The position numbers and the translations under genes are program-made. From positions 1-64,000 of the forward strand of contig MEDY01000139.1 in the NCBI GenBank assembly GCA_001724265.1: 64,000 nucleotides of DNA, written 5' to 3'. Within the stretch, counting starts at the first letter, position 1, and every line of letters starts with the position of its first letter. The stretch comes from Rhizaria sp. SCN 62-66 (taxonomy: Eukaryota). Under the pieces are notes generated by a model. It worked only from the letters and a program-made list of their open reading frames with translations, had not been told where the DNA came from and did not search any database. Below are positions 1 through 14,072 of this stretch, in pieces.

Positions 1-410
1 TTTCAATTCACTGCTGTTTTGATTCATTCCTGATTTTAATACATTTTCTGACGAAACTTTCCGAAAAAGGGGGCGGAACTTTTTGAAAGTTACCTTACCA
101 TGATTACTACTAGAAATATGGCGACTGTGATCTGCGGTGCTCAGAACATACCCTGTTTGTATCCGACTTTACAGAGTATTAAAGTCGCTAAAAGATGATT
201 CAGTCTTGAAACTTGTTTTATCTTGATATAATCTTCCCGTATTATTAGCAATTAGTGAATTGGTATTCTTTATGTGTGGTCTCTGCGCGCACTGGAGCGC
301 GTTGATGCTCTGTGAGGGATCCCACTCTTATGTTCTTTTTAAGAGCTCACAAGTCTTTCAATTCAAACTGCACGAATCTTTTGTATCATTTTATAAGTTG
401 GCAACTTGTC

Positions 411-1255
411 ATGCTGTCCACACGCAACAAGATACGACGCGCCAGAGAGAAGGTACGCATGACGTTTGATGGCCAGAGAATGCAACATCGCCCTTGGCCG
501 AAGCTCGCATGCGCGGACAAGCCAACATTCCGTGCGACATGATGCTTGTCTTGTTGCAATTAAGCTTTAGACCCGTTCGCTTGCGGCTGCCATTTCATAT
601 ATGATTGCCTCAAGACTTTGTCATGGTATTTTGATGCGAGCCTGCCCTCGTTTGACCAGCAGCACTCAGCTTTGTACGTCCCAACTCACACACTTGACAT
701 CTCTGATTTTATCCCGTCGCTCCCGATCTCAACTGTTTTCTGTATTCAGGACTACGCGGCAGCAGCTCATTTGCGTGTAAGCAAGAAGACCGCCACACTT
801 GCGGCGACGGCTTCTGAGACGAGTAATAAGCTTGCTGCTGCCGACGCATTGCTCAAGCGCTGTGAGACGGCTCCCAAACTCGGGCACAATAGCCTATACG
901 ACAATGACGACTGCAACAGTGACGAAGGCGACGATGTTAACGCCGATGAAGAAAACGAGGAAGCTCTCAGGCGATCCGTCGAGAGAGAGAAAACGCCGGA
1001 TCTAAAACCGCCAATGCTATTGAACACGTCTTTGCCACAATCAACTTTGTCTCTTTTCGCACCGAGACACCTTTCAACAATTTCGACACGAAGATCTACG
1101 GCTCCGCAGTAAAGAAACACTATTGCTTGACATCACCAATGATTTTTGATGTGTTTGAGGAGATCGCAATGCATAGGGGGGCTGATTTCCGCGCAGCTTT
1201 GAAAAGTTTCCTCAGCAAGCTTTATACGTCAAGCAAGGCAAAGAATGACAAGTAA
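411..1255 (+). CDS. Small unknown spliced gene, possibly frameshifted; exons 411-452 and 750-1112, with an alternative protein-like frame at 950-1255
   Basis: ATG at 411 (MLSTRNKIRRAREK) is followed by a GTACGC donor at 453. The acceptor TTCAG at 745-749 joins in phase 0 to DYAAAAHLRV... and ends at TAA 1110-1112. A second frame is open from 950 to TAA 1253-1255 (AIRRERENAGSKTANAIEHVFATINF...). No homology recognised. Confidence 0.35.
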
Positions 1256-1788
1256 ACTCGTCTCACGCTTACTCTCCAGAGCAGCGTCCGCCGCACAAAA
1301 GCTGACGTTGGTTGCACTGCCGTTCTTAACTCGACTTCAACAACCTACTTCCTCGGTTCTGCATCCGCGTTTAAGCAGGTAACGTGACCTAGCACAAAAA
1401 GTGTGGTTTGTGCTGGGTCACAACCCAGCTGCGGTGCACTTAGCAAATCATCTCCACTGAAAGCGATGTGCCGACGTTTTAACCACACAGCGGGGGCCCC
1501 AGAATAAACGTACAGCGTCATAAAGCGCCCGAGCACAAACAACGCGAAGCCGAGGATCAGTGGATCAACATCTTGGTAAGCAGTAACAAATGTCCGACAT
1601 CACCACAGATCTTAATGAGATACAAAACTCAACTTAACTTATGGAGGCTAGATCAGCTTGTCGTTTGCTATTTTCATGTTCAATCCGTACTTATGTGGTT
1701 GGAGACAAGATATCTGTGAGTCGAGCAGAAACTCAAGAGAATACCGAGTCTCAAGCAGATGCAGCATATCACATAATTTTCGACAACA

Positions 1789-4700
1789 TTATTGGTCATC
1801 GTCGGCGTTAGCATCAACAAATGCTTGAAGTGCCCCGAGTCCACGTTTCAGCGCCACAATACTCAACCCAGCAGCGGCGCTGCCGCCAAACAAACACGTC
1901 TCACGCAAACACGCGGGCCAGTTGGTGGCGCACTTTATAAAGACGAGCTCTAACTCTAATTTATCACGCTGGTCCGAGTTACGCTCTCCAACGCCGCATC
2001 GAGCCTCATTTCGATCAGGCACAAGTTCGTTTGTCTCGGCGGGATCGCTAACCGCGACATCACACCACTGCACAAAGCATGCGTTCACCCCTTGCCGTAG
2101 TGCCCACAGCCACGCGCGATGCCGTTGCGGGTCTGCCATCACCGTGAAAAAGCCCGCGGCAGCGTGACCTAGAATTAGCGCGCGGGATCCAAGTCCCAGT
2201 TGTCCGTAAGCACTTGGAAGCAGCCGTTGTAACTGCAGCACGCGCGCACCAGTATTGTCCTTAGCGTTCCCGCCAGTCTGCGCTTCGCTGGAGTACGCGC
2301 GTGTACCCTTGCAAATGGTGCAATCGATTTCACACGGGCGCAATGCGGCGAGCAATACCCGCACTGTGGCAATGACGTCTTGCGCGCGATGCGTCACAGA
2401 CAGCGACGCCGCGGCGCCCGTAAGCAGAGCGTAGTACGCTGTGCGCGCACAGATAATAACCCGCGTCGTCAACTGTTCGGCGGGGGCACGGCGATGCGCC
2501 GCGAGCAGTGCGTCCACAGCCTCACTATTCGCAGTGACGCACAGCGCGTCGAGCAGCGAGAGCGGTGGCCACGGTTTTGGCGACATGCCACCACTCACAA
2601 TAAGTAGTTCGTAGAACGCTTCTGTGCTTGAGGTCAGCGCTGGCACAAATGCCGTGAACAACGCGATCACAGCAAGTGCTACGGCTTGGCGCCCGCTAAG
2701 TGTACCATCGTTAGTGCCCCCACTGGCAGCGCTGCCGGAGCGCGGCGCGGACACGTAGGGCACGACGTACGGGTCAACATGCTTGTAGACACCAGGCCCG
2801 AGAACAAACGCGGCAGGCGCTTGGCACGCCATGCGCATCAGGTTACCGTGGCGGCAACATGCAGCGACAGTCAGCGGCGCGCCAACTGTGAGTGCCCAAG
2901 CAAATACGGTAGTCAGGGTTGGTGCCTGCTGTTGTTGTGTTGGCTGCGCCGAGCTCGACAGTGTCATGTCAATGATGCCGTCCCCATTAGCATTCTGTGT
3001 TGTAGCGGTGGGAATGGAATTGTTGTGACGCTCAATTGCAGCACATAGGCGTGAAATCATAATTGCGACTCGCGTGTCATAGGCTGCGACAATGCTTGGG
3101 AGTGCGGCAAGCGTGTCACGCACAGCGTTGATGGCAGTGGCGCACGTGGTGGCAAGTGCGTTCGGGGCAATTTCTGCAGGAGTAATGTCGACATTAAGAC
3201 AACAAACATCGTCTAACGTTAAACTTGCTTGAGGACTGGAGTACGCTCTTTCGATCATGCGAGAGACTTTGTCATCAGTGCAGGACTTGGTATCATTCTC
3301 TGACGATTTGTGCAGCGATAGATGCTTTGCCGTGGAGAGGAATTGCATGACTCCAAAAGAAGACACTAGCGACGGCGCCTCAACGCTACGTGTTTTTCCA
3401 TCATTGCCAACGCGTTCAATGCGCGTTACTAGCGATACCAAGCGTGCCGGCAGCGCCCAACAGTGGGCAGCCTGTGGGCTTAGTTGCAACAGTGCGCACT
3501 CAGCGTACGGCTCCAAGACCTCGATGAAGTCCTCCGGTAGCGCACCCGAGGCGATGGCGGTTACAACCGTGCGCACAAGTGCATCGTCACGGTCCAAGGC
3601 AAGCGAGTGGCGCAAAGCAGCCTTGGCGGAAACAGGATCCCAGTCAATGAACGGATGAAGCGCAGTACCTGCAGAACAAGTAAGAGAGTCAACTGATTGA
3701 GTTGATTCAATTTCTGAATCTTGCGCAGTGCCTGTGCTTCCTCTGCTGACACGACTTGTCTCTGAAATGTCCATCGATGTGCGCATTAGAGCATGTTGAG
3801 CTGTGAAACCAAGATCTTTCTGAATCGTGTCCACCGGCGGAATGTAGATGCGAAATTTGCGCTCAATGCAGGGCCACATGAGCACCATTCGCAGTGTCCG
3901 AGCTGCGCGCGCGTGGCCCACAGTGCCCGGCACGCTTACAAGCGCATCATAGCTCGCAAGATACCACGGACCTGGATTGTTGCGACTATGGTGATGTTCT
4001 GCATGTGCGTGACTTAGCTCTTGCTACGGCAGTCCTTGCGCGGGCGCGGGCGGCCGCTTCCTGTCATGCAGCGGCAAGGGCTCCAAGCCCCACAGAATAG
4101 GACTCTCTCGGAAAAAAGCTGCGCGGTCAAAGCAGTCCGTCAGCAGCGCGTTGTGTTTCAACATTGCGGTCACTGTTTCGAACTGTGCGGACCGCAGCAA
4201 GTGGACGAGATCCTCGCGGGTTCCTTGCTTTGAAAGCGGAAGCAAGCCATTGATTTCCCGGGAAATCTTGTCAACGAGACTTTGAGTGAAACGGACCATG
4301 TACGTGAACGTGACAACATTCATCGGCCTACAGGCATCAACGCTCACAGCCTGTCGCTCTTGCGAAGTTGCGATTGCACAACTATGTTCATCTAGAAGGG
4401 TCTCTGCGATGAATAAAGACGAATACATCGATAAATCTTTCATAAAGCCAGAATCTTGCATCCAGCATAGATCATTGCTGCATTCGTTGATATTTGTGTC
4501 CGTGTTTCTCGCCACCCACGCCGAACTGTTGCTGAATGCTGCGATTTTGTTGTTGAGATCAACAACACCACCATAATGCAGGGTGCTCACCACGCGAATC
4601 TTACCGCTCATGACCTGCTTAATCTTCCTTTTCACAGCAGTAGCCGCGCGATGAATATCGCCGGCATCGCTGAACCCCAGCATACGATGCAGATCGCTGC

Positions 4701-6057
4701 CGCAAGAAGCCGCAAGTGCATCGTTTGTTTTCCTCGCCGACGCCGCCCTGCCGTACGACGTCAGAGCCCACAACGCGGCCTCAGTTAGACCGGCTGCGCT
4801 GAACACGCGCGTCGGGGGAGAGCCAGGCGGGTTGGGAACCGCGTCACGCAGCACGAGTGCAAGATTTGGGTATGCTGTCAGAATGCTCTTCAACACCGCT
4901 GGGTCGCGGCCCGCCCACGCCCAGTCATGAATGCATGTCGGCAGCAAAAGCATCTGGGCAGACACAAGGCGGCAGAGAAGCTCGCTGCACATCTCGCTCG
5001 TGTGCGCGCAGGGAACCGCAGAGTCGCGGTGGTGGAAGTGTTGGACACGCACGATGAAGCGCAACACAAGCTGGAAGCAGCGGAAGCACCCACCGAACGC
5101 GGTCCAGTGCAGCAGACGCAGCTGGCTGGGCGGGGCGCTAAGTCGAGCCACCAATGGCGCGCTCACTCTGGAAAGCGGGTCGCTCAGGGTGTCACAGTTG
5201 TTGACATCAGCATCGTCAATATCACCGGTGGTGATATGCGCTGTGTTTCGATCATCAACACTGCTGTTTGTCAGAAATGCAACCATTTCGACATGGCCGT
5301 TGCTTGCTGCAGCAGCAAGTGGCATTGATAAAGGCACGTACCAAGCTGTCGGTTCCGCAGATGCAGTGTAAGGAGATTCGGCAGTGCATGTGGATGACGC
5401 GGGTGCCGGTAGCAGCTGTGCCGGATCTAAGCCCCATTGAGGCGTGCCCAGAGCGTTGAGCGTCGTCGCTAGCTCTTTGTCAGCACGCTCCCCTGGCAGT
5501 TGATGCTAAGGGGCGCACATCGCAGCCCACTGCTGGGGCGTCGCAGCGTTGTACAGCGCGCGCGCGCAGGCGACACGGTTAAGCAGCGCGGCCCACGTGA
5601 GCACGCTGTACCCCATGATGCACTTGCTCCAGCCTGCACCGGAGCGCAATAGCGCAGAGACAACACGCGGAAGATCGAGCCTAACAGCGACGGCGAGTGG
5701 CGTTGACTCCGCGAGCGAGCTTTGCAGCGATCGCGAGTATGGGTTGGCGTGTGTGTACCAGTCTTTGAGAGGCACCGCGTCGTTGATGTAGATATTATAG
5801 CGCGCGGGGGTCAATAACTCATGCGCTGCAGCGATGTAAAACAACACTTCGTCCTCGATGAAAGCTGTGCGGCCGATACCCCCCTGCTTGGCGTACTCTG
5901 CTATCATCTCAGATGTTGCATGAGTGTAGACAACGTTTGCTCTGGAGGTAGATGCGAGACGCTCCATGAGACGCACGAGCGCAGCGGGTTTCACGAGGAA
6001 AGTGGCCAACTCAAGTGTTTCTCCATAAGAGACGGTGCGCCCGTTGATAACGCGCAT
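1789..6057 (-). CDS. Ankyrin-repeat protein (~1420 aa) containing two in-frame TAG codons (5506-5508, 4024-4026)
   Basis: ORFs 5506-6078, 4024-5337 and 1789-3933 share one frame. The gaps between them translate openly except for a single TAG each, and the frame ends at TAA 1789-1791. Ankyrin-like motifs: TPLAVAVRLDLPRVVSALLRSGA, SVLTWAALLNRVACARAL, PLAAAASNGHVEMVAFL, LLHWTAFGGCFRCFQLVL. The start (first in-frame ATG, 6057) is uncertain and an upstream exon is possible. Confidence 0.75.
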
Positions 6058-6718
6058 TCTTCTTCCTGTCCACTTCACGTAGCACCATTAAGCGAATTCA
6101 AGGAGATTGCAGAGATGCGTTGAGGTTTTGAGTGAGGGTTGCGTTAAAAGTGACTTTCACACAATAATAACCACGATGTAGAAATTGTATCAATACTGTA
6201 TGGTACACATACCAGCTGCATATTGGATTCATGATGTATATGTTGCAAATATGTGCATTACATGCCAAAACCACATCGATTTCTGTGTTTGAAAAGTGAA
6301 ATTTTCCCTCACCTTCCACTTCCACCACAAATCAAAAATGACGTGACAAGTGAAGAGACATTACGTCTGGGTGTCATCACCCAGGCCGCCATTCTCTGAC
6401 GTTCGCTGTCTGTCGCTGCAAGAAAGTAGAGTCATTGTACGATACGTACAGAGGAACGCTTATAATACAGAAACCGTGCTTTATTGAAGTGGTTGTTCCT
6501 TCTTTGCGAAGTGTGGCCTTCTTGACACATAAGTTAGATTCCAACAACGTCAATACACGCATAAAACAACAGGCACAGACAGAGACTAATACTATCACAG
6601 GCAAATCTAAATACATCAAATCACAGAGCAATACACATTAAACAAATGCATTTTCACAAATGTACTTCTCTAAATGACAACGAGCCGTTCGCGGGGCGCG
6701 ACAAGGCAAATGTCGTCT

Positions 6719-8564
6719 TTACTTGCCGAAAAGTGTGTTGAAAAAGGCGCTGGTGGCCTTGCCAATGACGGGGTACTTGGCGATCACAACGCTGCCTGCA
6801 GCAACGGCCGCAGCGATAAGCGCCGCAGCAGCGACGCGCCCGGCGGCGCGGGAAATCGGCTTGCCTGCTGCCTAGACCAACCATAACCAGAACCAATCGA
6901 AGCAAACAGTGTTTAGAACAGCAGAGACAGAGAAAGAAGGAGAAATAGTGAGACAGTATCAACACAAGCAAGGACTGGATTCTAGGGGTATCTCTTATTC
7001 AGATGGTTCGCTACATTAAAACGTTGATTGGTGCCCGAAGCGCGAAAACACAGAGAAAATGATTCGTATTGTGAGTATAGTGACGACGTACGTAGATGAG
7101 CGAGCGCTTGAAGCCCGTGTAGGGCGGGTAGCGCGCGGGCATATCGAGGATGTTCTGCTTGTACATGACTGCCTTGAGGTGGGAGAACTCGTCGAAGCTG
7201 TACTTGCCGTGGTAGCAACCCATGCCCGAGTGGCCGACGCCGCCGAAAGGCAGGTTCGAGTTGGCCAGGTGCACGACGGCATCGTTGAAGACGAGTCCGC
7301 CCGAGGACGTCGTGGTCTCGAACAGCGTGCGCACGGCCGCCGTGGTTGTGAAGATGTACATCGCAAGCGGCTTCTCACGGCGCTTGATGCTCGCCACGGC
7401 CTCGGCGGCGTTGGCGACGCGGAGGATCGGCAGGATCGGCCCGAAGAGCTCCGCCTGCATCGCCGCAGAGGCGTGGAACGCGGCCGAGTCGGCGCCAAAG
7501 TCGAGCACGGTCGGCGCGACAAACCGCTGCTCGACATCCACGTCGCCGCCCAGCACGAGGTACTGCTTGTCGGTCTCGACGATCTTGGCCAGGCGCGTGA
7601 TGGCGCCGCCGCCGTTGATGATGCGGCCGAAGTACGGCGACGTCTTAATGCTCGCGGGGCCCTTGGCGGCGTCCGCGTAGCCGAACTCGGTGCTGTCGTT
7701 GGCGCGGGAGGCGTAGAACTCGCGGACGTAGTTGCCGATGCGCGCGACGAGCTCGTCGGCGACGTCGGCGTGCACGAGCACGTGGTCAGGCCGCACGCAC
7801 GTCTGGCCGGCGTTGATAAACGCGCCCCAGGTCAGCCGGCGCGCGGCAATGTCCACGTCGGCGGACTTGTCAACGTACGCGGGGGACTTGCCGCCGAGCT
7901 CGAGCGTGACGGGGGTGAGGTGCGCCGCGGCGGCCTGGAGGACGATCTTGCCCAGCGTGGGGCCGCCGGTAAAGAAGATCTTGTCGAAGCGGCACGCGAG
8001 CGCGTTGGTGGTCGTCGCACGGCCGCCGATGGTGACGGCAAACGCAGTGGGGTCCATGTACTTGGCGACGAGCGCGCCGAGGGTCTCGGAGACGTTGGAC
8101 GAGTACTCGGCAGGCCGCAGCAGCGCGCAGTTGCCGGCGGCGATGGCGCCGACGAGCGGGCCCAGAAGCAGCTGCACAGGGTAGTTCCAGGGCGCCATAA
8201 TGAGCGCCACGCCCAGCGGGTCGCGCTTGACGGCGCTGGACGCGGGCTGGTTGAGCAGGTTCGTCGGCTTGGCCTCGGGCGCCATCCAGTCGTCAAGGTG
8301 GTCGAGCGCCTCCTGGACCTCGTGCTCAACGATATTGAGCTCGATCAGGTGCGACTCGAAGCGCGAACGGTGCAGGTCCGCGTAGAGCGCCTCAGACATG
8401 GCCTCCTTGCCCTCGGTGAGAAGCTTCTTGAGCTGCTGCAGCTGTGCGACGCGCCACGAGCGGCTCAGCGTCACTCCGGAGTCGAAGGTCGCGCGCAGGC
8501 GGTCCACGGTCGACGCAATCTGCGTCGCATCATGCACCACCATCTGATTCGGGGCAGAGCTCAT
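6719..8564 (-). CDS. ALDH3: NAD(P)+-dependent aldehyde dehydrogenase, family 3 (fatty aldehyde dehydrogenase-like) with C-terminal membrane anchor; exons 7092-8564 and 6719-6871
   Basis: Motifs PWNYP, FTGG, LELGGKSP, catalytic-Cys FINAGQTCVRPD, ELFGPILP and PFGGVGHSGMGCYHGKYSF. Intron 6872-7091 (GTACGT...TCTAG). The last exon encodes hydrophobic VAAAALIAAAVAAGSVVIA and ends at TAA. Confidence 0.93.
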
Positions 8565-9083
8565 CTGGTAGTGGCAGTGATAAATTGGTCAAGTGCGATA
8601 TGGTGAGTCAAGAGCCTTGATAGAGACGTGGAGGAGGGGGAGACGACGAGACATAATCTGCACTCACAAAAGGACGGATTTCACCGATATAATCGGCATA
8701 ACCAGGAAAGTGAATATTCCATTCATACAAAACAGTAGAAGTAAAATACAATTTGATTCCTCCGATGCCGTTCTTTGACAATATTCGGAGGCAACATGTA
8801 TTCTTCGTACTAGATTTTGGGTCAGAGACGATTCGGTGAAACCCAAGCCGCGCCGAGGCATCGATCGAGGTCGTGATTCCATCGTACATCCCACTTGACT
8901 TTCACCGTCATTTGAGTTGTTTCGCAACACCCATGAAAGATACATATGCCAACCACACCCTTATGCAATTATCTCACCAGCGGACTCTCATCTGCGCAAC
9001 ATCTCTACTCCTCAGAATCTAGACCACAAACTCGATTCCAGCAAGTCACACTGGTTGGCTATCGAACTTTATCACCTTCAAGC

Positions 9084-9955
9084 ATGGCTTCAGAAACATC
9101 TGATGCTGTCGCGACCGCGGTGACATCGGCATGCGCCCTGCTGGACTCTGCCAAGACTGCGTACATTGATGGCGAGGCCGCGTTCGACGCGAACAGGGCC
9201 GCGCTGCACGCGGATTTACGCGAGCAGGCTCTTGCAGCGGCCGCGCCTCTGCCCGCGCTGCGCTCCGACCTAAGCGCGCTCTCGACCACGCGCGCCGCAG
9301 AGCACGCCCGCGCCGCCGTGGTGCATGAGGACCTGAGCGCGGCAGCAAACACACGCAACAGGCTGCTCGCAGTGCTGGCGCAGTCGACACGCGCCGCCGA
9401 CGAGGCTGAGGTACGTTCTAGATATCAACTCATCGCAAGCAAGATATGTACAGGCGGAGAGCATTGTTATGGTGGTTTTTCTATGTGGTCTTTATTGACT
9501 TGTATGTGCATACGCCTCAATATGTGACGAACAGTCTTATCACTATAATCCTATGCACTTGTCACATTCGCTCTTGCACTTCATTCTATTGCTTACGCAT
9601 AGGCCTCCGTGCTCCGCCGACGCCTGCTCGAGCTCAACCGCTGCCTCCCGTTCCGTCCTCCAGCCGACGCTGACACTGCCGCTGCCGCTGCTGCTGATGA
9701 CTCTGCTGCTGCGCTAGGCGGCTTACTTTTCCTCCACCCGTCTCTGCTGCGGCCAGCGCCGGCCCCCGCGGCGCCCATTCTCCCACCCGCGGACCTCGCG
9801 GTGCGCGGCTTAACTTTGAACAGCAGCATGCCAACTGCCAGTGCTGGTAACGTCACCAGCAACAGTGCGAATGATGAGAGCGCGCTGCTGTATTCGCCCG
9901 TGTTCTCCCCTTCGCGCCAGCCCTTCGGCCACAGCGACACCACTGCCGCCACCAG

Positions 9956-9989
<34 letters not shown>

Positions 9990-12422
9990 GACACTGGCGT
10001 CGCCGGCGCTGGCGCCGCTGCGGGCCCTGGCAGCGGCGCTGGCTCTGTGCCGCTGCCGCTGCTGTTGGACCCCACCGTGACGGCTTCGACAGCGCTCATC
10101 ACCGCCGCTACAGCAGCCGCCACCGCCGCTGTCACGGCCGCGACCGCCGCCAACAGCAGCCACAGCAACAGCAACACGCAAAGCTTCAAGACTGCCGACA
10201 CCGCCGACGCCGACTTGAGCGCCTCCCAGCGCCCCGCGCTGCGTCTGCTGCCGCTGCGCGTGGTTGACGTTCTGCTCTCGTTCCTGGCCGCTGGCGAGCT
10301 GCAGCGGTGCCAGTTGGTGTGCCGCGACTGGCACCGCGCCGCGTTGCGGTCCTCGGCGTGGAAACTCACTCTGTACCGCTACACTGAGGCGCGCGCGCTG
10401 CAGACCGCGCTGTCTCACAGCGCTGCCTCGGGCAGCGGGGGGCAGTGGCGGGGGTCGGGGGCGGGCGCGCGGTCCGCGGGGGCTCTTGCATCGGGCAAGG
10501 GGCGCGGGTCGCAGTCGCGGCCGAGCACGGGGTTCAACAGCAACGATGAAGGCGATGATGTGGAGCTCACGGTGGCCACACCGCACTCACAGCCACAATT
10601 GCAGTTACAGTCGCAGTTCCAGCTACAGCCACATCTGAAGCAGAAGCCTTCCGAATCTGAACTGGGGGCGAGCGCCGCCGCTGAGGCGAAGGCGGGTGCA
10701 CTGGGTGTAGACGTTGAAACGCCTGAAGTTTGGCCTGCTGATAGCATCGAAGTCAAACCGCTCGACGCTACGCTGAGCAACACGGCAGCGACGGCTGAGA
10801 ATGCCGCCGACGACGATGAAGATGATGACGGGACTGACCCTGTTCCACGCACCATCGCGAAGGCAGAGGCTGCTCTCACCGACAGCTCGGCTGACTGCAA
10901 CAGCGGCTTCACGACTGAAGTTCCGGACTTGATTGTCCTCGACACTTCCGTCGCTAACCTCTGTCTCCCTGCACTCGCGAGCAAGAGTGTGTTGAGTCCG
11001 GAGCACACTGCGAGTGTGACGGTGGGCCAGCTTGGCGAGCTCCCCGTGCCCGGGGTCGTTTTGGCCCGCGCTTCGCTGTCGGTGCCTGCGACGACTGCGC
11101 ACGCCGCGCTGCTCGCTGTGGCGCGCACACAGGGCCTGCGTCCCGCTCACACTGATAAATCGAGTCGCCACAGTCAGGGCGAGCCTGTCGCGGCAGGGCA
11201 GTCGAAGGGCGGGTTGAGTAGCGCCGTGGGCAGTCCGTCTAAGAACCCCCTGAGCCGCCAAGATGAGGTACTTAGCCAGGAGTTCGCTCCTTACATGATG
11301 CACCCAGCCATGCTCCCCGCAGCCGTGCGCGCTCTGGCCAGTGCAAGCAACGTTGTAAACGGCAGCGCCAATAACAACATCAACAGCAGCATCACTGCGA
11401 CTGTCACACTGGTGCCCGACAGCGTTGTGACGAGCTACGCGCACACCTTCGGCCTCCCTGCGACTCTCGCTAACAGTACTTGCGGTAACAAGAACGCCGG
11501 CGACCAGCAGCCTCGGACTCAGAGCGCGCGCTCAAGCTCTGGCTCACTGGTTCCCAGCGTAAGCGATGGCAGCACACTGCAGCAGCAACAGGGCCGCACA
11601 CACACGCATTACACGCTGCGGCTCTATGCGGCCGCGGCGAGCGAGTTCGAGGTCACGGCCGAGGGCGTCGAGGTCCCTGATACGGCCTGCGCGCGCGGGC
11701 CCTCAGAGGTTTATAATCTATTCGACCCAGCAACGCGTGGCAGCACCGCGCACAACGCCGCGTTACTCGCGCAAATCAGCCCCGACGGCGCCGAGCCTCT
11801 TGACGCCGCTGCCGCGATCGCGCACTGCGCCGCGAATCCCACTGGCATTAAATCACCATCGTCTTCGCGCGGTGTGTCGCTGCGGGTGTGCTCATTGCAT
11901 CCTGGTTCTGACGCGGCCGAGCTGGCGCTGTGCCGGTCGCTGCTGGACCAGCAGCAGCACCTGACGACAATCCATCTGGACCGCGCGCGGCTCAAGTCGC
12001 GCCTTGACGCCTCCAAGGGCGTCAAGGAGCAGCTTTCCACTGCGCTGGCCGCGGCCAAGCGCGACGCCGCCGCCGAGGAAGAGGCCGCGGCGGGGATCAA
12101 GAAGCAGCTCGTGTCCGACGGATGCACTAACGTGTTTCTTACCGAGCAAGTTGCCGCGGCGCGCGCGCGGCGCGACCAGGCGCGCGCGGAGGCCGCCGCA
12201 GCGCTGGCGCAGGGCGCGGCGGCCGTGGTGGCGCTCGAGGCCCGCATTGGGGCAGTGGAGCGCAACAAGAACGAGCAGGAGAAGACTTTTTTGGAGCTCA
12301 AGATGCACCGCAAGCTGCTTTCGAAGGAGGTCAAGTTGCTGCAGGGCGCGCTGGCCGAGGAGAGCACGCGCACGGCGCGCCTGCAGGCGCTGCTTGCCTC
12401 TGCGAACTCACAGATGGGCTGA
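9084..12422 (+). CDS. F-box domain protein with C-terminal coiled coil; exons 9084-9410 and 9603-12422
   Basis: F-box motif LRLLPLRVVDVLLSFLAAGELQRCQLVCRDWHRAALRSSAW (~10240-10362). Heptad-like C-terminus (...HRKLLSKEVKLLQGAL). Phase-0 intron 9411-9602 (GTACGT...CATAG). Ends at TGA followed by AT-rich sequence. Confidence 0.75.
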
Positions 12423-12700
12423 GAGGTCGTTTCTCTTGTTGATGAGTGTAAATGCACTCAATATTACTGTTATTTATCTAGAATACAATTGATTATGGTG
12501 TACGCGACATGTGATGGGGTTCCTACATTTGCTCGTTGATATTTGTTTTGCAAAAATGGATTTGTGCTATGTATCATTAGAGTAGTAAATTAAGCGGACG
12601 GGCCTGCAATCGCAATTGCAGAGCGAAATAACGCGTCTTTCGCAAAGAACTCAATCAGTAATGCAATCATATCATTTACGCACACGCAATTGCGTGGTAC

Positions 12701-13674
12701 TCAACGCATCGACGCACCGTGCGGAGTCTTCATGATTAGAATGCGGATTGTGGACACGCGACGCGCACGGGTGAACGCAACGCCGTCGCCAGTCAGCGGC
12801 TACATAGACGGGGATGTTAAAGAGAATTATTGTCTTGAGAGGTTAGATAAGTAATTGAAAATACAATTTTTCAAGGCAAGAATCTGGAGTTCGTTATAAA
12901 CTGCCTGCTGATATGCGTCGGTATGTGTCGGTAATTATGGCGTACGATGTAGTCGTCGACGACGATGTTGGTGTCGGTCGTGGTCGAGGTCTTGACCCAG
13001 GGCTGGTGCTTGTCGGTCACGTCCACGGCGGCCTTGACCGCGGCGAACACACCGCCGGGGCCCATGCCATGGACGACGACCGAGGTGAGGTTGTCGGTGA
13101 AGAGCAGCGTCGTGAGGCGCTTGAGCACCGGGGCCAGCGGACGGCCGGGAGACACGAACACGTCCGCCTTGCCGCCGGAGGGGCGCGGGGAGGGACGCGT
13201 GCGGCGCGTGTCTGCACGGATTCCCGGTTGGGGAGTCAAACAGAGCGCGACAGATAAGATATCGTGGAATGAGATCGGATGGATGCAGCGAACAAGACAC
13301 ACTTCAGCGCAAGTGCGGCATGGATGTGGCAAAAGGGGATAGGGATATGGGTCGGACGTACACTTGGTAGGGTCAATCTTGCCGCCAGGGTCCGCGGGGT
13401 CGACGGGAAGACCATCGTTGTCACCATCAACAGCTGCAGCATCGTTGTCGTCGTCGTCGTTGTCGCTGTTAGCAACACTATTGTCGGACTTCGCGACCTC
13501 GCCACTGGTTTTCTCAGCAACACCCTTTGCCGCGCCAGCGCCTCTGGAGCTCGGTTTAGTATTGCTGCTTGTCAGATCCGTTTCAGCGTTGGTACCGGCT
13601 GCGCTTGCAACTGTGGCGTCGCGAGACTTCTTCGACTGTCCACCAGCCGCCTCGTCTGCGGCGCGCTTGGGCAT
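12701..13674 (-). CDS. POP7: RNase P/MRP subunit Rpp20/Pop7-like (Alba fold); exons 13362-13674, 12946-13211 and 12701-12799
   Basis: The spliced product (225 aa) has ADVFVS...VLKRLTTLL...VVVHGMG...AAVKAAVDV...TTDTNIVVDDYIP...RARRVSTIRILI, the Rpp20 pattern. Both introns are GTACGY...YAG with consistent phases. Ends at TGA. Confidence 0.75.
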
Positions 13675-14072
13675 CTGCACAGAGCCAGGATTAATGATAA
13701 TAGAGTAAACAGTTTAGAATAATATGTAGTCACTTATATTGAATTATGAAATCTGCTTCACACTTCTAACCTTAATTGTCATAAGACGTAAATCGTGATT
13801 GCGGTGATGACTCAAGAGCTAGTGCAAACGGCTGGACGGTCTCTCAAAAACAAAGTGCGTTAAGCGAGTTCATCTCCCGCACCTTAATGATCGTCACTTG
13901 AGCTATCAACGCAAGTTCTAGATAATAACACGCGTTCCACATAATTTACAATTTTAAAATTACTAGAATAATTGATTACTGTCTCACACACTCCACTTTC
14001 CGTGTGTCGCCCTTGCTCCTCCATCTCGGACTCCTTGTCTGCTTCCTGCTCAACGGCCTCTCCGTCCAGTCG

